A DNA stretch of 64,000 nucleotides from a candidate division FCPU426 bacterium (GCA_963796105.1 CAWCKJ010000004.1:672001-736000), one strand, 5' to 3'. Numbered from the stretch's first letter, positions 49,662 through 59,877 are shown. Translations and numbers: made by a program. The notes: a model not told the origin generated them from the sequence alone.

Positions 49662-51725
49662 ATGGAACCCAACACGTCTCATAAACACACCAACCGGCTC
49701 ATCCACGAGAAGAGCCCCTACCTGCTCCAGCACGCCCACAATCCCGTGGATTGGTATCCCTGGGGAGAGGAGGCCTTCGGAAAGGCCAAGCGGGAAAACA
49801 AGCCCCTGTTCCTTTCCATCGGCTATTCCACCTGCCACTGGTGCCATGTCATGGAACGAGAATGTTTCGAGAACGAGGAAATCGCCCGGTTGATGAACGA
49901 GCTTTTCATTTGCGTCAAAGTGGACCGCGAGGAACGCCCCGATGTGGACAAGGTTTACATGAACGCTGTAATCGTCCTGACCGGCCAGGGTGGCTGGCCC
50001 CTTAACGTTTTTTTAACTCCCGACCAGCGGCCATTCTACGGGGGAACCTATTTCCCCCCGGATGAGCGCTACGGACGGCCTGGGCTTCCCTCCGTGCTGA
50101 ACGATGTGGCCCGTGTTTGGAGGGAAAAATCAGGAGAGGTGGAAAAAGCCGGACAACAATTAACCGGTTTGATCTCCCCGCCTGTACTGAAAGCGCCCGC
50201 AAGCCTTCCGGGAGATCGGGTCATCAGCGAGGCCGTCCAGGCTTTCACCCGCATATTCGACCCCAATGAGGGCGGCTTCGGGAGCGCTCCGAAATTTCCC
50301 CAGTCCATGGTCCTGGGTTTTCTCCAGCGCGCCACCTGGGGAGCGACAGATACCACGGGATTTTCCAGGGTGGAATTGACGCTGGACAAGATGTCCCAAG
50401 GCGGGATTTACGACCAGGTCGGCGGGGGTTTCGCCCGCTATTCCACGGACGAGCAGTGGCTGGTTCCCCATTTTGAGAAAATGCTCTACGACAACTCCCT
50501 TCTGGCCCGGACCTATCTGGAGGGATACCAGGCCGTCCGCAAGGCGGAATACGCCAGGATCGCCCGCGAGATTTTCACCTACTTATTCCGGGATATGGCC
50601 GATCCCGCCGGGGGCTTTTACAGCGCCGAGGACGCCGACAGCGAGGGCGAGGAGGGCAAGTTCTACGTCTGGAAGCCGAAAGAGCTGAGGAATATCCTCG
50701 GTGAAAAAGATGGAGAGGCCTTTTGCTCGCTATACGGCGCCACCGAAGCCGGAAATTTTGAGGGCCATAACATTTTGCGCCTGAAATCAGATCTTCCTTC
50801 CGCCCTGAAGGCCCTGGGAAAAGACCAGGGCTGGTGGAAGGCCTCAAGGGAAAAAGTGCTCCAAGCCCGTTCCAAGCGCGTCCGGCCCCACCGGGACGAC
50901 AAGATACTCATGTCCTGGAACAGTCTTTTGATTTCCTCGCTGGCTTACGGCTATCAGGTACTGGGGGAGAAAACCTACCTCGATGCCGCTGAAAAGGCCT
51001 CGGATTTCCTGAGCCGGAACCTGATCCGTGGCGGCCGCCTGTTGGTTTCCTTCCGGGGAGGCCCCTCGAAAGCGGAAGGTTTCCTGGATGATTACGCCTT
51101 TTTCCAGGCCGCCCAACTGGACCTATTCGAGACCACCTTCAAGAAACAATACCTGGAAGAGGCCCTCCGGCTTTGGGACGGGATGAAGAGGCTCTTTTGG
51201 GATGAAAAGGAAGGGGGCTTTTACTTCACGGGTTCCGACCAGAAGGACGCCCACCGGCTCCTGACCCGCCTTAAGGAGGCCCATGACGGGGCGATCCCAT
51301 CGGGCAATTCCGTGGCGGCCATGAGCCTTTACCGGCTCGCGGAACTCACCGGCCGGAAGGATATCCGGGATGACGCTGAAGCCGTGGTGAAATGCTTCTC
51401 AGGACACTTAATAAAATCCCCGCCCATGTATCCCCAGATGCTCCAGGCCATCCAGTTCACAACCATCCCCCCCGCCGAGATCCTCGTGGTGGGCCCGCGC
51501 ACCGAATCCGAGGGCATGATCCGCGCGGTTTGGAAAAACTTCGATCCCAATAAAGTCCTGGTGTTTTGCGAGGAAACCCAAGACAAGGACCTAGCCCCCC
51601 TGGTTCCTTGGCTGGAAAACCGCCCTTCCCAGGATGGTAAACCCACCGCCTATGTCTGCAAGAATTACCAATGCCAATTGCCCACCACTGACCCCCATAA
51701 GATGCTGGAACTTTTAAGCCAGTAG
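49662..51725 (+). CDS. YyaL/SSP411-family thioredoxin-domain + alpha/alpha-barrel protein
   Basis: [47 protein letters not shown]. Confidence 0.95.
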   Translation: MEPNTSHKHTNRLIHEKSPYLLQHAHNPVDWYPWGEEAFGKAKRENKPLFLSIGYSTCHWCHVMERECFENEEIARLMNELFICVKVDREERPDVDKVYMNAVIVLTGQGGWPLNVFLTPDQRPFYGGTYFPPDERYGRPGLPSVLNDVARVWREKSGEVEKAGQQLTGLISPPVLKAPASLPGDRVISEAVQAFTRIFDPNEGGFGSAPKFPQSMVLGFLQRATWGATDTTGFSRVELTLDKMSQGGIYDQVGGGFARYSTDEQWLVPHFEKMLYDNSLLARTYLEGYQAVRKAEYARIAREIFTYLFRDMADPAGGFYSAEDADSEGEEGKFYVWKPKELRNILGEKDGEAFCSLYGATEAGNFEGHNILRLKSDLPSALKALGKDQGWWKASREKVLQARSKRVRPHRDDKILMSWNSLLISSLAYGYQVLGEKTYLDAAEKASDFLSRNLIRGGRLLVSFRGGPSKAEGFLDDYAFFQAAQLDLFETTFKKQYLEEALRLWDGMKRLFWDEKEGGFYFTGSDQKDAHRLLTRLKEAHDGAIPSGNSVAAMSLYRLAELTGRKDIRDDAEAVVKCFSGHLIKSPPMYPQMLQAIQFTTIPPAEILVVGPRTESEGMIRAVWKNFDPNKVLVFCEETQDKDLAPLVPWLENRPSQDGKPTAYVCKNYQCQLPTTDPHKMLELLSQ

Positions 51726-51882
51726 TAAGCTTAAATTACTGGAAAAAGCGGTGAACCTGCCGGATACCCGTCGGAATCGGACCCCTACCGGCATTTCCGT
51801 CGGAACTCGGGATACCCCTATGCTGAGTCCACAAGGCGAAGCATGAGAATTGGGTGTGTTGGCGCCAAGATAATGGGCGCCA

Positions 51883-52289
51883 ATAACCTGGTGACACCCA
51901 CCGGCATTTCCGTCGGTAAACCAGGATAACCTGGTGACACCCACCAGCATTTTCGTCGGCAACCCAGGATAACCTGGTGACACCTGCCGGCATTTTCGTC
52001 GGCAACCCAGGATAACCTGGTGACACCTGCCGGCATTTTCGTCGGTAACCCAGGATAACCTGGTGACACCCACCGGTATTTCCGTCGGCAACCCAGGATA
52101 ACCTGGTGACACCCACCGGCATTTCCACCGGCAACCCAGGATAACCTGGTGACACCTACCGGCATTTCCACCGGCAACCCAGGATAACCTGGTGACACCT
52201 ATCGGCTTTTCCACCGGTAAACCAGGATAACCTGGTGACACTTGCCAGCATTTTCGTCGGTAAGCCAGGATAACCTGGTGACACCCAGG
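51883..52289. repeat. Tandem array of 43-bp units (9 full + 1 partial)
   Basis: ATAACCTGGTGACAC starts at 51883, 51926, 51969, 52012, 52055, 52098, 52141, 52184, 52227 and 52270; degenerate units at about 51755-51817. Confidence 0.95.
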
Positions 52290-52385
52290 TGGCTTTTGGA
52301 CAATAATCAGTAAAAATATTGACAGAAATCATACTTCTTTGGGCCGGTTTTTATTAATTTTATCCCCTGAAGCATATGAGAATCC

Positions 52386-53063
52386 ATGGAGGTTGCCATG
52401 GCCGATATTGAAAATGAATCTTTGAAATGGCTGGATAACCTAGCCGATTTGTCCAATTTCCTGAAAAAGCACCCTTCCGCCACCAATTCCGAACTGGCCC
52501 TAGAATTGGGCATCCATCGTGGATCGGTTATAACCCTGAAGGCCCTCCGGCCCCTGCTGGACCCCTCCGCCATTCATAAGATCCGTCAAGCGGCCAAGAG
52601 GGAATATCCCTATACCCTTTATAACCTTTCTTTTAACCGCGCCGAATGCCTGGCCGGCTTGGATAGGAAGGTATCGGACAATCCCAAGTTAGTGCATGAG
52701 GTTTTAGATAAGGTTATCGCCCGCTTTATGATCCCCCTTCAAATCAAAGCCTTCGTGAACCACGTCAACAGCGGCAAACCCATCGAGGATTTCAACCACA
52801 CCCAGATCAAAAGAAAGACCCGGTCCGATAAAAAATCCCGTATCCAATCAAATGGACCGGTATCCGAACCAAAGAAAAAGGAGGTTAAGGATAATCAGCA
52901 AGACTCTCCGTCAGACGCTGTTGCCGGGTGTTTAGCCATTCTTTTCATAATTGGGTTATTGTGGATCGGGGTTTCATGCGTAAAGCACTTGTGTTGTAAT
53001 TCCCAGGCCTCGTCGGCGGCCTCAAGTACCCCTGCGGTGAGCAGCTCAAGTTCCTCGCCATAA
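52386..53063 (+). CDS. Hypothetical protein with N-terminal HTH-like motif and C-terminal TM helix
   Basis: ATNSELALELGIHRGSV; AVAGCLAILFIIGLLWIGV; true start may be ATG 52398 after GGAGG. Confidence 0.65.
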   Translation: MEVAMADIENESLKWLDNLADLSNFLKKHPSATNSELALELGIHRGSVITLKALRPLLDPSAIHKIRQAAKREYPYTLYNLSFNRAECLAGLDRKVSDNPKLVHEVLDKVIARFMIPLQIKAFVNHVNSGKPIEDFNHTQIKRKTRSDKKSRIQSNGPVSEPKKKEVKDNQQDSPSDAVAGCLAILFIIGLLWIGVSCVKHLCCNSQASSAASSTPAVSSSSSSP

Positions 53064-53279
53064 GTCTTGGCGAATTCTCATGGCAGTTCCCTTTAAGCAC
53101 CCCGCCTAGACCCCTAATTTTAATTTCCTTGGTGATTTTTATGGTTTCCTTCACTGTTAATTTATCTTAGGCAAAATTTAAGGCATAGCATAATTTATTG
53201 TACAGTTATAATGACTTGGCTCTTCTGGAAATAACCGATCTGTGGAACGTGAAGACAGCCATTAGAGGATTTTTAAAAA

Positions 53280-54107
53280 ATGCTTAAATATGACGAGATT
53301 GGTTATTGGACTGAAATTAAACTTGAAATAATCAAAAGATATGCGACTGAGTACTCAAAAATAATCACAAAGAATCCTTTTCAAGTCCATGAACATGTTT
53401 ACATTGATGCTTTTGCTGGACCTGGGGTCCATATATCCCGTGCAACAGGTGAATATATTCCAGGAAGCCCGCTTAATGCGCTTTCCGTTACGCCGCCTTT
53501 TAAAAAATTTTATTTAATTGATGTAAATGCTGAAAAAACACATGAATTAAAGCAGTTAATTTTGGATCGCCGAGATGTTGAAATATTTACGGGTGATTGC
53601 AATCAAGTTCTTCTTCAAGATGTCTTTCCAACGGTCAAGTGGTCCGAATACAAACGCGGTTTATGCATACTTGATCCTTACAACATTAATTTGAATTGGG
53701 ATGTCATGTTTCAAGCGGGACAAATGAAAAGCCTCGAGATATTTTTGAATTTTATGGTAATGGATATGAACCAGAATGTTTTGAAACATAACTTTGATTC
53801 CGTTGATCCAACACAAATTCTACGCATGAATAATTTTTGGGGGGATGAGTCTTGGAAGGATGCTGTTTATCAGAAAGATTTATTCGGCGAGCCTGATAAG
53901 GTAATTGATGCTAATGAAAAATTGGCTAAGGCTTTTCAAGAACGTCTTAAAGAAAAAGCTGGATTTAAATATGTCCCAGATCCATTGCCCATGCGAAATT
54001 CAAATGGCGCTACAATATATTACTTATATTTTGCATCGCATAAACCGGCTGCGAGTGGCATTGTCGAATATATTTTTAACCAATACAGAAAACGAGGCAT
54101 TGTTTAA
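53280..54107 (+). CDS. tcmP: Three-Cys-motif partner protein TcmP (methyltransferase-like fold)
   Basis: [40 protein letters not shown]. Confidence 0.88.
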   Translation: MLKYDEIGYWTEIKLEIIKRYATEYSKIITKNPFQVHEHVYIDAFAGPGVHISRATGEYIPGSPLNALSVTPPFKKFYLIDVNAEKTHELKQLILDRRDVEIFTGDCNQVLLQDVFPTVKWSEYKRGLCILDPYNINLNWDVMFQAGQMKSLEIFLNFMVMDMNQNVLKHNFDSVDPTQILRMNNFWGDESWKDAVYQKDLFGEPDKVIDANEKLAKAFQERLKEKAGFKYVPDPLPMRNSNGATIYYLYFASHKPAASGIVEYIFNQYRKRGIV

Positions 54108-54838
54108 TGTCAACTAATTCTTCCATTGAATGGACACAATCCACCTGGAACCCGTTGACTGGCTGCAATAAAGTCAGTCCTGGATGCGCGAATTGTTATG
54201 CGGAACGAATGGCAAAACGTCTCCATGCCATGGGCGTTTCACAATATTCCGACAATTTTAAATTAACTCTCCACGAGAAGTCGTTGGAACTTCCATTGTC
54301 TTGGAAAAAACCACAGATTATTTTCGTTAATTCAATGAGTGACCTTTTTCACAAGGAAGTACCAAAAGATTTTATTAAAAAAGTTTTTAATGTCATGAAT
54401 AGAGCCCATTGGCACACATTCCAAGTGCTTACGAAGCGGGCGGAACGATTGGAAGAAGTAAGCCCTAAGGTTAATTGGTCGAAAAATATTTGGATGGGTG
54501 TAAGTGTTGAAACAGAAAGATTTACCTTTCGAATAGATCATTTGAGACGTACTCAAGCCTTTGTTAAGTTTCTCTCACTGGAACCACTTCTTGGGCCTTT
54601 GCCAAAATTAAACTTAAAAGGCATTGATTGGGCTATTGTCGGCGGGGAATCCGGCCCGGGTGCCAGACCCATGGATGGTTCTTGGGTACTTGAAATAAAA
54701 AAACAATGTCAAAAATCAAAAGTCCCATTCTTTTTCAAGCAATGGGGTGGCGTGTGGAAGAAAAGAGCGGGTCGTTTGCTGCAAGGTCGTACATGGGACC
54801 AGATGCCAAAAAAGAGTGAAATAAAAATTCTCGCTTAA
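54107..54838 (+). CDS. DUF5131 (phage Gp37/Gp68) family radical-SAM-like protein
   Basis: [55 protein letters not shown]. Confidence 0.92.
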   Translation: MSTNSSIEWTQSTWNPLTGCNKVSPGCANCYAERMAKRLHAMGVSQYSDNFKLTLHEKSLELPLSWKKPQIIFVNSMSDLFHKEVPKDFIKKVFNVMNRAHWHTFQVLTKRAERLEEVSPKVNWSKNIWMGVSVETERFTFRIDHLRRTQAFVKFLSLEPLLGPLPKLNLKGIDWAIVGGESGPGARPMDGSWVLEIKKQCQKSKVPFFFKQWGGVWKKRAGRLLQGRTWDQMPKKSEIKILA

Positions 54839-54855
54839 TTTAAAAGGTTATTTGT

Positions 54856-54929
54856 GGACCAGAAACTCTTTGACGGGGTGATCACAGAAACCCTGGAAGG
54901 CTTATCCCCTGACCTAAAGGCCGTGCTCG
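54856..54929 (+). repeat. Degenerate copy of the metallopeptidase gene 5' region
   Basis: 59/74 identical to 57551-57624 (hand count). Confidence 0.85.
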
Positions 54930-54985
54930 ATCCTATAACCGACCCACGCCGGTTCATCCCATAACAAGTCGCTTTTCAATGGAGT

Positions 54986-55014
54986 TTGACCACATGTACG
55001 CTATCACGTACACT
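54986..55014 (+). promoter_or_regulatory. Sigma70 promoter with overlapping operator palindrome
   Basis: TTGACC-17-TACACT; TGTACG-CTATCA-CGTACA. Confidence 0.75.
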
Positions 55015-55031
55015 TATGGACGGAGGCTGGC

Positions 55032-55274
55032 ATGACCACATTAACCGCAACCCAAGCAAGGGCAAACCTGTTCAAGCTCCTGGACCAGGCGGCCCAATCC
55101 CATGAACCCATCCAGATCACCGGCCGCCGTCAAAACGGCGTATTGATCTCGGAGGACGATTTTCGGGCCATGCAGGAAACCCTCCATCTCTTGAGCGTCC
55201 CAGGAATGAAGGAATCCCTGCTCAAGGCCAAAAAATCGCCCCTTAAAACCTATTCCAAAAAGCGCCCTTGGTAA
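55032..55274 (+). CDS. yefM: Phd/YefM antitoxin
   Basis: TATQARANLFKLLDQ...HEPIQIT...VLISEDD...MQETLHLLSVPGM. Confidence 0.93.
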   Translation: MTTLTATQARANLFKLLDQAAQSHEPIQITGRRQNGVLISEDDFRAMQETLHLLSVPGMKESLLKAKKSPLKTYSKKRPW

Positions 55275-55533
55275 CCTGGCAGCTTTTTTTCAGCAAAGCC
55301 GCCAAAAAAGACGCCGTTAAATTGAAACGTTCGGGGCTTCAAAAAAAGCTGATGATTTGTTGGATATCCTGGAAAAAGATCCCTTTGCGCCCTATCCCCC
55401 CTATGAAAACCTGGTGGGTGAACTCGAGGGGTTCTATTCAAGGCGTATCAATTTCCAACACCGTCTGGTCTATCAAGTCGATAAGAAAAATCACCGGGTC
55501 TTTGTCGAGCGAATGTTGACTCATTATGAATAA
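55268..55533 (+). pseudogene. yoeB: Txe/YoeB toxin split by a frameshift at an A7 run (55341-55347)
   Basis: Frame 0 gives WQLFFSKAAKKDAVKLKRSGLQK; the -1 frame continues ADDLLDILEKDPF...YENLVGELEGFYSRRINFQHRLVY...THYE*. Confidence 0.85.
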
Positions 55534-55592
55534 AATTTTTTCTTGGCCCTCTCTCAATATTCTATTCTTTACCCATCTATAACCTTCTCTGA

Positions 55593-55673
55593 GCGCCAGG
55601 GAATAGAGCCCAACAGCAGTGACAAAAAAGGAAAAAACCAGCGGGACCAGTAGCTCTTTGACGGGGTGATCGC
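55593..55673 (+). repeat. Second degenerate copy of the metallopeptidase leader and 5' end
   Basis: Matches 57499-57580; GAG codon changed to TAG. Confidence 0.85.
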
Positions 55674-55810
55674 ATGAACCGGAAACTGCCGAGGATCATT
55701 GAAGACAGCCAATTTAGTCAAGGGACGACCCTTCGGGTCGCCGGTAAATAAAGGATAAATGTTATCGGGGTTGCCTAATTGAAAATACTTTGTTTGGGTA
55801 ATGAATATTT

Positions 55811-56796
55811 TATGCTTATGCACAAAGTGACCGTGCTGTAATGGGTTTTGCTAAGGCACATGCGGTCAAAGCACGGTGAAATAAGGAATCGGGATCATGA
55901 CGACGGTTGAACCGATAGGCATATTCACTTAGATACCGGCCTAAATACTTAGCATCAACGCCATGATGAGTTCCAATGATCCAGGCCTTGGCGTTGGAAA
56001 TGAACCGGTGTACCCAGGGCAACCAACTTTCCAACTCTTTCGGGTCATTGGCCATCACCCGGTAGTCTGCCTCCACTCCTTTGAGTTCACGCAAGGCTGG
56101 CGAAGCATCTGTGTTGAGGAAAGAGCCTTTTTCCATAGTCTGATTCACGAATTCCTGGCTCTCCCACTTGGTTTCCATAGCTACCTTCACCTTGGCAAAA
56201 CCCGCTTTTTCCTTCTTGCAACCATTCTCATCCACCCATTCCTTGCTTTCCACCGCCACCAAGACTTCCACTTGGTTTTCCTTGGCCTTTTTCCCAAAAA
56301 CCGCCCCATCCAACTCAATGACGCCCTTTAGAGTATAGCTTTCGTCCTTTTGCCTAAGACCTTCCCGGATCTTATGCAATAGAAGCCATGCCGAATGATC
56401 CGAAAGATTTAAATGCCGCTTCAGTTCCAGGGCCGAAATACCCCGTTTGCCCTGCATCATCAAACTGATGGCCCTGACCCAGGTTAAAAGAGGCAGCTTG
56501 GAGCTTTCAAAAATCGTCCCGGCGCGAAGCCGAAGACGTTTCCGGCAATAGTCACATTCCCTCACTTCAGGCTTGGCCTGGTGTTGCCAGAAGCTTTCGC
56601 CCTCACATTGGGGACAAACAAAGTCTTTCCCGCCGAAACGGCATCTCCACACCCATTGGCGGGCTTCTTCTTCCGTGTGGATTTTCCTCAGAATTTTAAT
56701 GCTTTTCATCCGCTGGTAGCTCATGTACCACCTCCCGTAGCGGACAGTATACCTATGTATTCCTTTATTTCAAGGGTCACTTAATACAGAAGCATG
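55811..56796 (-). mobile_element. IS1595-family insertion sequence
   Basis: Imperfect 22-bp TIRs (TATGCTTATGCACAAAGTGACC / CATGCTTCTGTATTAAGTGACC) and 8-bp TSD GAATATTT at 55803-55810 and 56797-56804. Confidence 0.92.
55816..56724 (-). CDS. IS1595-family transposase
   Basis: CPQC/CDYC ribbon, AGTIFESSKLPL..W, GISALEL, IELD, TD, YLSEYAYRFNRR. Confidence 0.93.
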   Translation of the reverse strand: MSYQRMKSIKILRKIHTEEEARQWVWRCRFGGKDFVCPQCEGESFWQHQAKPEVRECDYCRKRLRLRAGTIFESSKLPLLTWVRAISLMMQGKRGISALELKRHLNLSDHSAWLLLHKIREGLRQKDESYTLKGVIELDGAVFGKKAKENQVEVLVAVESKEWVDENGCKKEKAGFAKVKVAMETKWESQEFVNQTMEKGSFLNTDASPALRELKGVEADYRVMANDPKELESWLPWVHRFISNAKAWIIGTHHGVDAKYLGRYLSEYAYRFNRRHDPDSLFHRALTACALAKPITARSLCA

Positions 56797-57162
56797 GAAT
56801 ATTTAATTCGAATTTCTCAAGAAAATGTTTTACGCCTAAAAGAGGTATATGAAGTCCGGGCATATAATCAACAATTACATTAGTTATGGTAAACAACAAA
56901 TCGCCAGATCTATGGTCATAAATTTCAATTGTTGTTGTATGACCAAATCCAGTTGCCGGGCCGCCCGCCGTAGCCGCGGTTTTAGGGTTCCCCATCGTTA
57001 GATTATGTCCTAGAAGTGGAGCGTATAAGGCGGGAATAGTGCATTCATCAGCACCAGTATCCACTAAACCAAATAATTTTTGCTCTAAGCCTGTATGTGG
57101 ATTAATTATTTTTATTGCTAGGTATGGGTGTTCATTTAGAAATGGAATATTTTGGATGGGCA

Positions 57163-57357
57163 TTAATAGACGTTAAGCATTCCCTTTTCTGGAATGAACA
57201 ATAAAACGGGTTCTTTACATCCTTTTTCTTTTGCTTCTGTAACTACATCCAAGGGTATCTCACCGTGGCTGATGACTTCACGGTCTGTGAAAGACCTTAC
57301 GGCAACGTATTTACCGGAATATAGGTCTGCGTTGTTCACTAAAGCCGTGGGTGTCAT
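57163..57357 (-). CDS. DUF5678-like small protein, partner of the aspartyl protease
   Basis: YSGKYVAV....VISHG......AKEKG..EP; GGAGG RBS supports ATG 57357; stop overlaps the protease start. Confidence 0.8.
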   Translation of the reverse strand: MTPTALVNNADLYSGKYVAVRSFTDREVISHGEIPLDVVTEAKEKGCKEPVLLFIPEKGMLNVY

Positions 57358-57524
57358 GTAATTCCTCCCGGAATCCAGTGGAGAGCAGGTAAAGTATAAT
57401 GGAAAAATCGCTGAAATATACAGTTGTGGCCAATGGTAATCAATTAAATATACGTTAAATTGTAGATTACTAAAACAATCTCCCCATGGGTTGAGGTTGC
57501 GCCAGGGGAGGGAGCCCAACGGCC

Positions 57525-57917
57525 ATGGCAAAACAGGAAAAAAACCAGCGGGACCAGGAGCTCTTTGATGGGGTGATCGCGGAAACTTTGGAAGGCCTGC
57601 CTGCCGACCTGAAGGCCGCGCTCGGCACAGTGCAAATCGTGGTCCAGCCCCGGCCCAGCGCGGAGCAGTTAGGTGATTCAGACCCGGAAACCGAGGATGG
57701 CCTGCTGGGCCTGTTCGAGGGCTTCAGCCTGAGGGAAAGGCCCCTGGGGCAGGACCGGGAATTCCCCGACCGTATCATCCTCTTCGAGGAATGCCTGAGG
57801 GAGAGTTGTAGCGGGGAAAAGGAACTCAAGCGGGAAATCCGGAAAACCCTCCTGCACGAGCTGGGCCATTATTTCGGGTTTTCCGAGGAGGAGTTGGAAG
57901 CCCGGGGTTTGGAGTGA
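57525..57917 (+). CDS. Zincin-like metallopeptidase family protein (DUF1025 type)
   Basis: LLGLFEG, PDRIILF, TLLHELGHYFG. Confidence 0.9.
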   Translation: MAKQEKNQRDQELFDGVIAETLEGLPADLKAALGTVQIVVQPRPSAEQLGDSDPETEDGLLGLFEGFSLRERPLGQDREFPDRIILFEECLRESCSGEKELKREIRKTLLHELGHYFGFSEEELEARGLE

Positions 57918-57943
57918 AGGATTAAGGCCTCTAACAAAAAAAC

Positions 57944-58077
57944 TTTCACCACAGGGCCATTCGCACCGCAGCGAATGGCAGGGCTTCGGTAGCGCACAGA
58001 GTCACAGAGTTAAATCATTGATTTTTAAAGAAATTCTTGTGCTTTTTTCTGTGTACTCCGTGTACTCTGTGGTTCAA
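57944..58077. repeat. CACCACAG/CTCTGTGG inverted repeat element with ACCGCA-loop hairpin
   Basis: TTTCACCACAG-GCCATTCGC-ACCGCA-GCGAATGGC...CACAGAGTCACAGAG and CTGTGTACTCCGTGTACTCTGTGGTT. Confidence 0.75.
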
Positions 58078-58114
58078 ACTTTGATTTTATATTAGAAGTT
58101 CTAAGGAGGTAGTT

Positions 58115-58525
58115 ATGGGTTTGATGAAGGAGTTCAAGGAATTCGCGGTCAAGGGGAATATGGTCGATCTGGCGGTCGGGATCATCATCGGCGGGGCCTT
58201 TGGAAAAGTAGTTTCCTCCATCGTGGCCGACGTCCTGATGCCGCCCCTGGGGTATTTGATCGGCGGGATTAATTTTACCGACATCAAGATCCACCTCAAG
58301 GCACCGGCCCTGGACCTGGCGGGAAAAGCCGCCCAGGAAGTCACGATTAACATCGGCAACTTCATCCAGTCCCTCATCGATTTCACCATCATCGCCTTTG
58401 CGGTCTTCTTGATGGTCAAAGCCATCAATACCCTCCATCGCAAGGCCGAGGCGGCGGTGCCGGCCGCTCCCCCCAAGCAGGAAGTCCTGTTGGAGGAAAT
58501 CCGGGACCTGCTGAAAAAGAAATAA
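58115..58525 (+). CDS. mscL: Large-conductance mechanosensitive channel
   Basis: [26 protein letters not shown]...LLEEIRDLL. Confidence 0.97.
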   Translation: MGLMKEFKEFAVKGNMVDLAVGIIIGGAFGKVVSSIVADVLMPPLGYLIGGINFTDIKIHLKAPALDLAGKAAQEVTINIGNFIQSLIDFTIIAFAVFLMVKAINTLHRKAEAAVPAAPPKQEVLLEEIRDLLKKK

Positions 58526-58977
58526 AAAACAAGCCCACTCTTGTCCAAAATAGACTTTAGCCACGGATGCATAGGATACATGGGATTTAAAGAAACTTCA
58601 GATCGTGACAAGAGCATAGCTCTTGCGCCCTTGGGGCGTTATGGCCCTGCCTGCGGACCTCGGAAAAATGGATTTTTCCAGAGGCCGTCGGCTGGGCCAT
58701 ATAACACGATCGATAAGCAATCCTTCATTTAAAACTTAAAATTAATAATTTAAAATTCTTCCTGTAAAGAATGCCTTGCCATCCCCCTGCATCCCCTTAA
58801 TCCGTGCCGATCATCCACAAAAATATATTGAGATCGGTACTGTACCAGCCTCCTTCAACTGCCTTATGGTAGGCTGGCACGTGGCAAAGGACTTGGTTTT
58901 GTTTAACGCCTTTTAGAATTTAAAATTTCGTTGCTGGTTTTTCCCCCTCTAAAAGAGGGGGGAGTCGCTGATACATT

Positions 58978-59877
58978 TTGCACTATGATTTAATGAAGCC
59001 GAGCAAGGCACAAGATGTCCAAATCTTTTATAGGGAAAACCGCTTGAGTCCTTTTGACCTTCTTTTGGAAGGCCCACAGAAGCGGCAGCTTTGGGCCACC
59101 CTGGAATTGCCGGAAAAAATCACAGGCCCTGCCATCGTGATGGCGCACGGCTTTCTCGGTTTCAAGGACTGGGCCTTTTTCCCTTGGCTATCCTCTTTTT
59201 TCGCCCAGGCGGGTTTTCCCGTTTTACGCTTTAATTTCTCGGGCTCCGGCATGGGAAACGCCAAAGACGGGCCATTCCAGGAATTGGAAAATTTCGAGAA
59301 AGATACCATCACCCGGCAGGTGGAAGACCTCCATGTGGTAGTGTCCCGCCTGGAGCAAGGGCAATTGAATCCCAATCTTCCCCCGCAAAAGGATTTATTC
59401 CTTTGGGGCCATTCCCGGGGCGGCGGGGTCTGCCTCCTGGCCGCTGGACAATGCCCCCCGGTCAAGGGTGTGGCGACCTGGGCCACCATCTCCCGCGTAA
59501 ACCGTTATTTCTTTGAGGCCAAACAAGCCTGGCGGAAAGATGGGTATTCAGTGATTGAGAGTTCCCGGACCGGCCAGGCCTTGAGGTACTCCCTGGATTT
59601 CCTGGAGGACGCTGAGAATTGGGGAAAGGAGGGGGATGTCCCGGCCTACCTGAACCGTCTGGGGATACCGGTTCTTTTCGTCCATGGTTCCGAGGATAAG
59701 AGCGTCCTTCCGGATGAGTCCGAAAGCCTGGCCGCCATCCATTCCCAATCCCGCTTAGCCATCCTGGCCGGGGGCGACCATAAGTTCATGGCGTCCCACC
59801 CCTTCACCCAAGCATCCCCGGTCCTGCTGGAAGCCGCCCAAGCTACCGTTAAATTCTTCTCAGAACTCCTGGACTAG
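58978..59877 (+). CDS. Alpha/beta hydrolase (start uncertain)
   Basis: HGFLGFKDW, GHSRGG, HGSEDKSV, GGDHKF. Confidence 0.9.
   Translation: MHYDLMKPSKAQDVQIFYRENRLSPFDLLLEGPQKRQLWATLELPEKITGPAIVMAHGFLGFKDWAFFPWLSSFFAQAGFPVLRFNFSGSGMGNAKDGPFQELENFEKDTITRQVEDLHVVVSRLEQGQLNPNLPPQKDLFLWGHSRGGGVCLLAAGQCPPVKGVATWATISRVNRYFFEAKQAWRKDGYSVIESSRTGQALRYSLDFLEDAENWGKEGDVPAYLNRLGIPVLFVHGSEDKSVLPDESESLAAIHSQSRLAILAGGDHKFMASHPFTQASPVLLEAAQATVKFFSELLD

Larger units (their letters stand above)
55762..57163 (-). pseudogene. Retropepsin-like aspartyl protease interrupted near its 3' end by IS1595
   Basis: LVDTGAD and LLG motifs; removing the IS and one TSD restores ...FELNIHYPNKVFSIRQPR*. Confidence 0.85.

Noticed and set aside
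51714..52241. Three overlapping minus-strand ORFs
   Set aside because: Artefacts of the 43-bp repeat cycling through frames.
51883..52289. CRISPR array
   Set aside because: The 23-nt variable segments are near-copies of each other rather than unique spacers, the invariant part is only 20 nt, and no cas genes are in the window.
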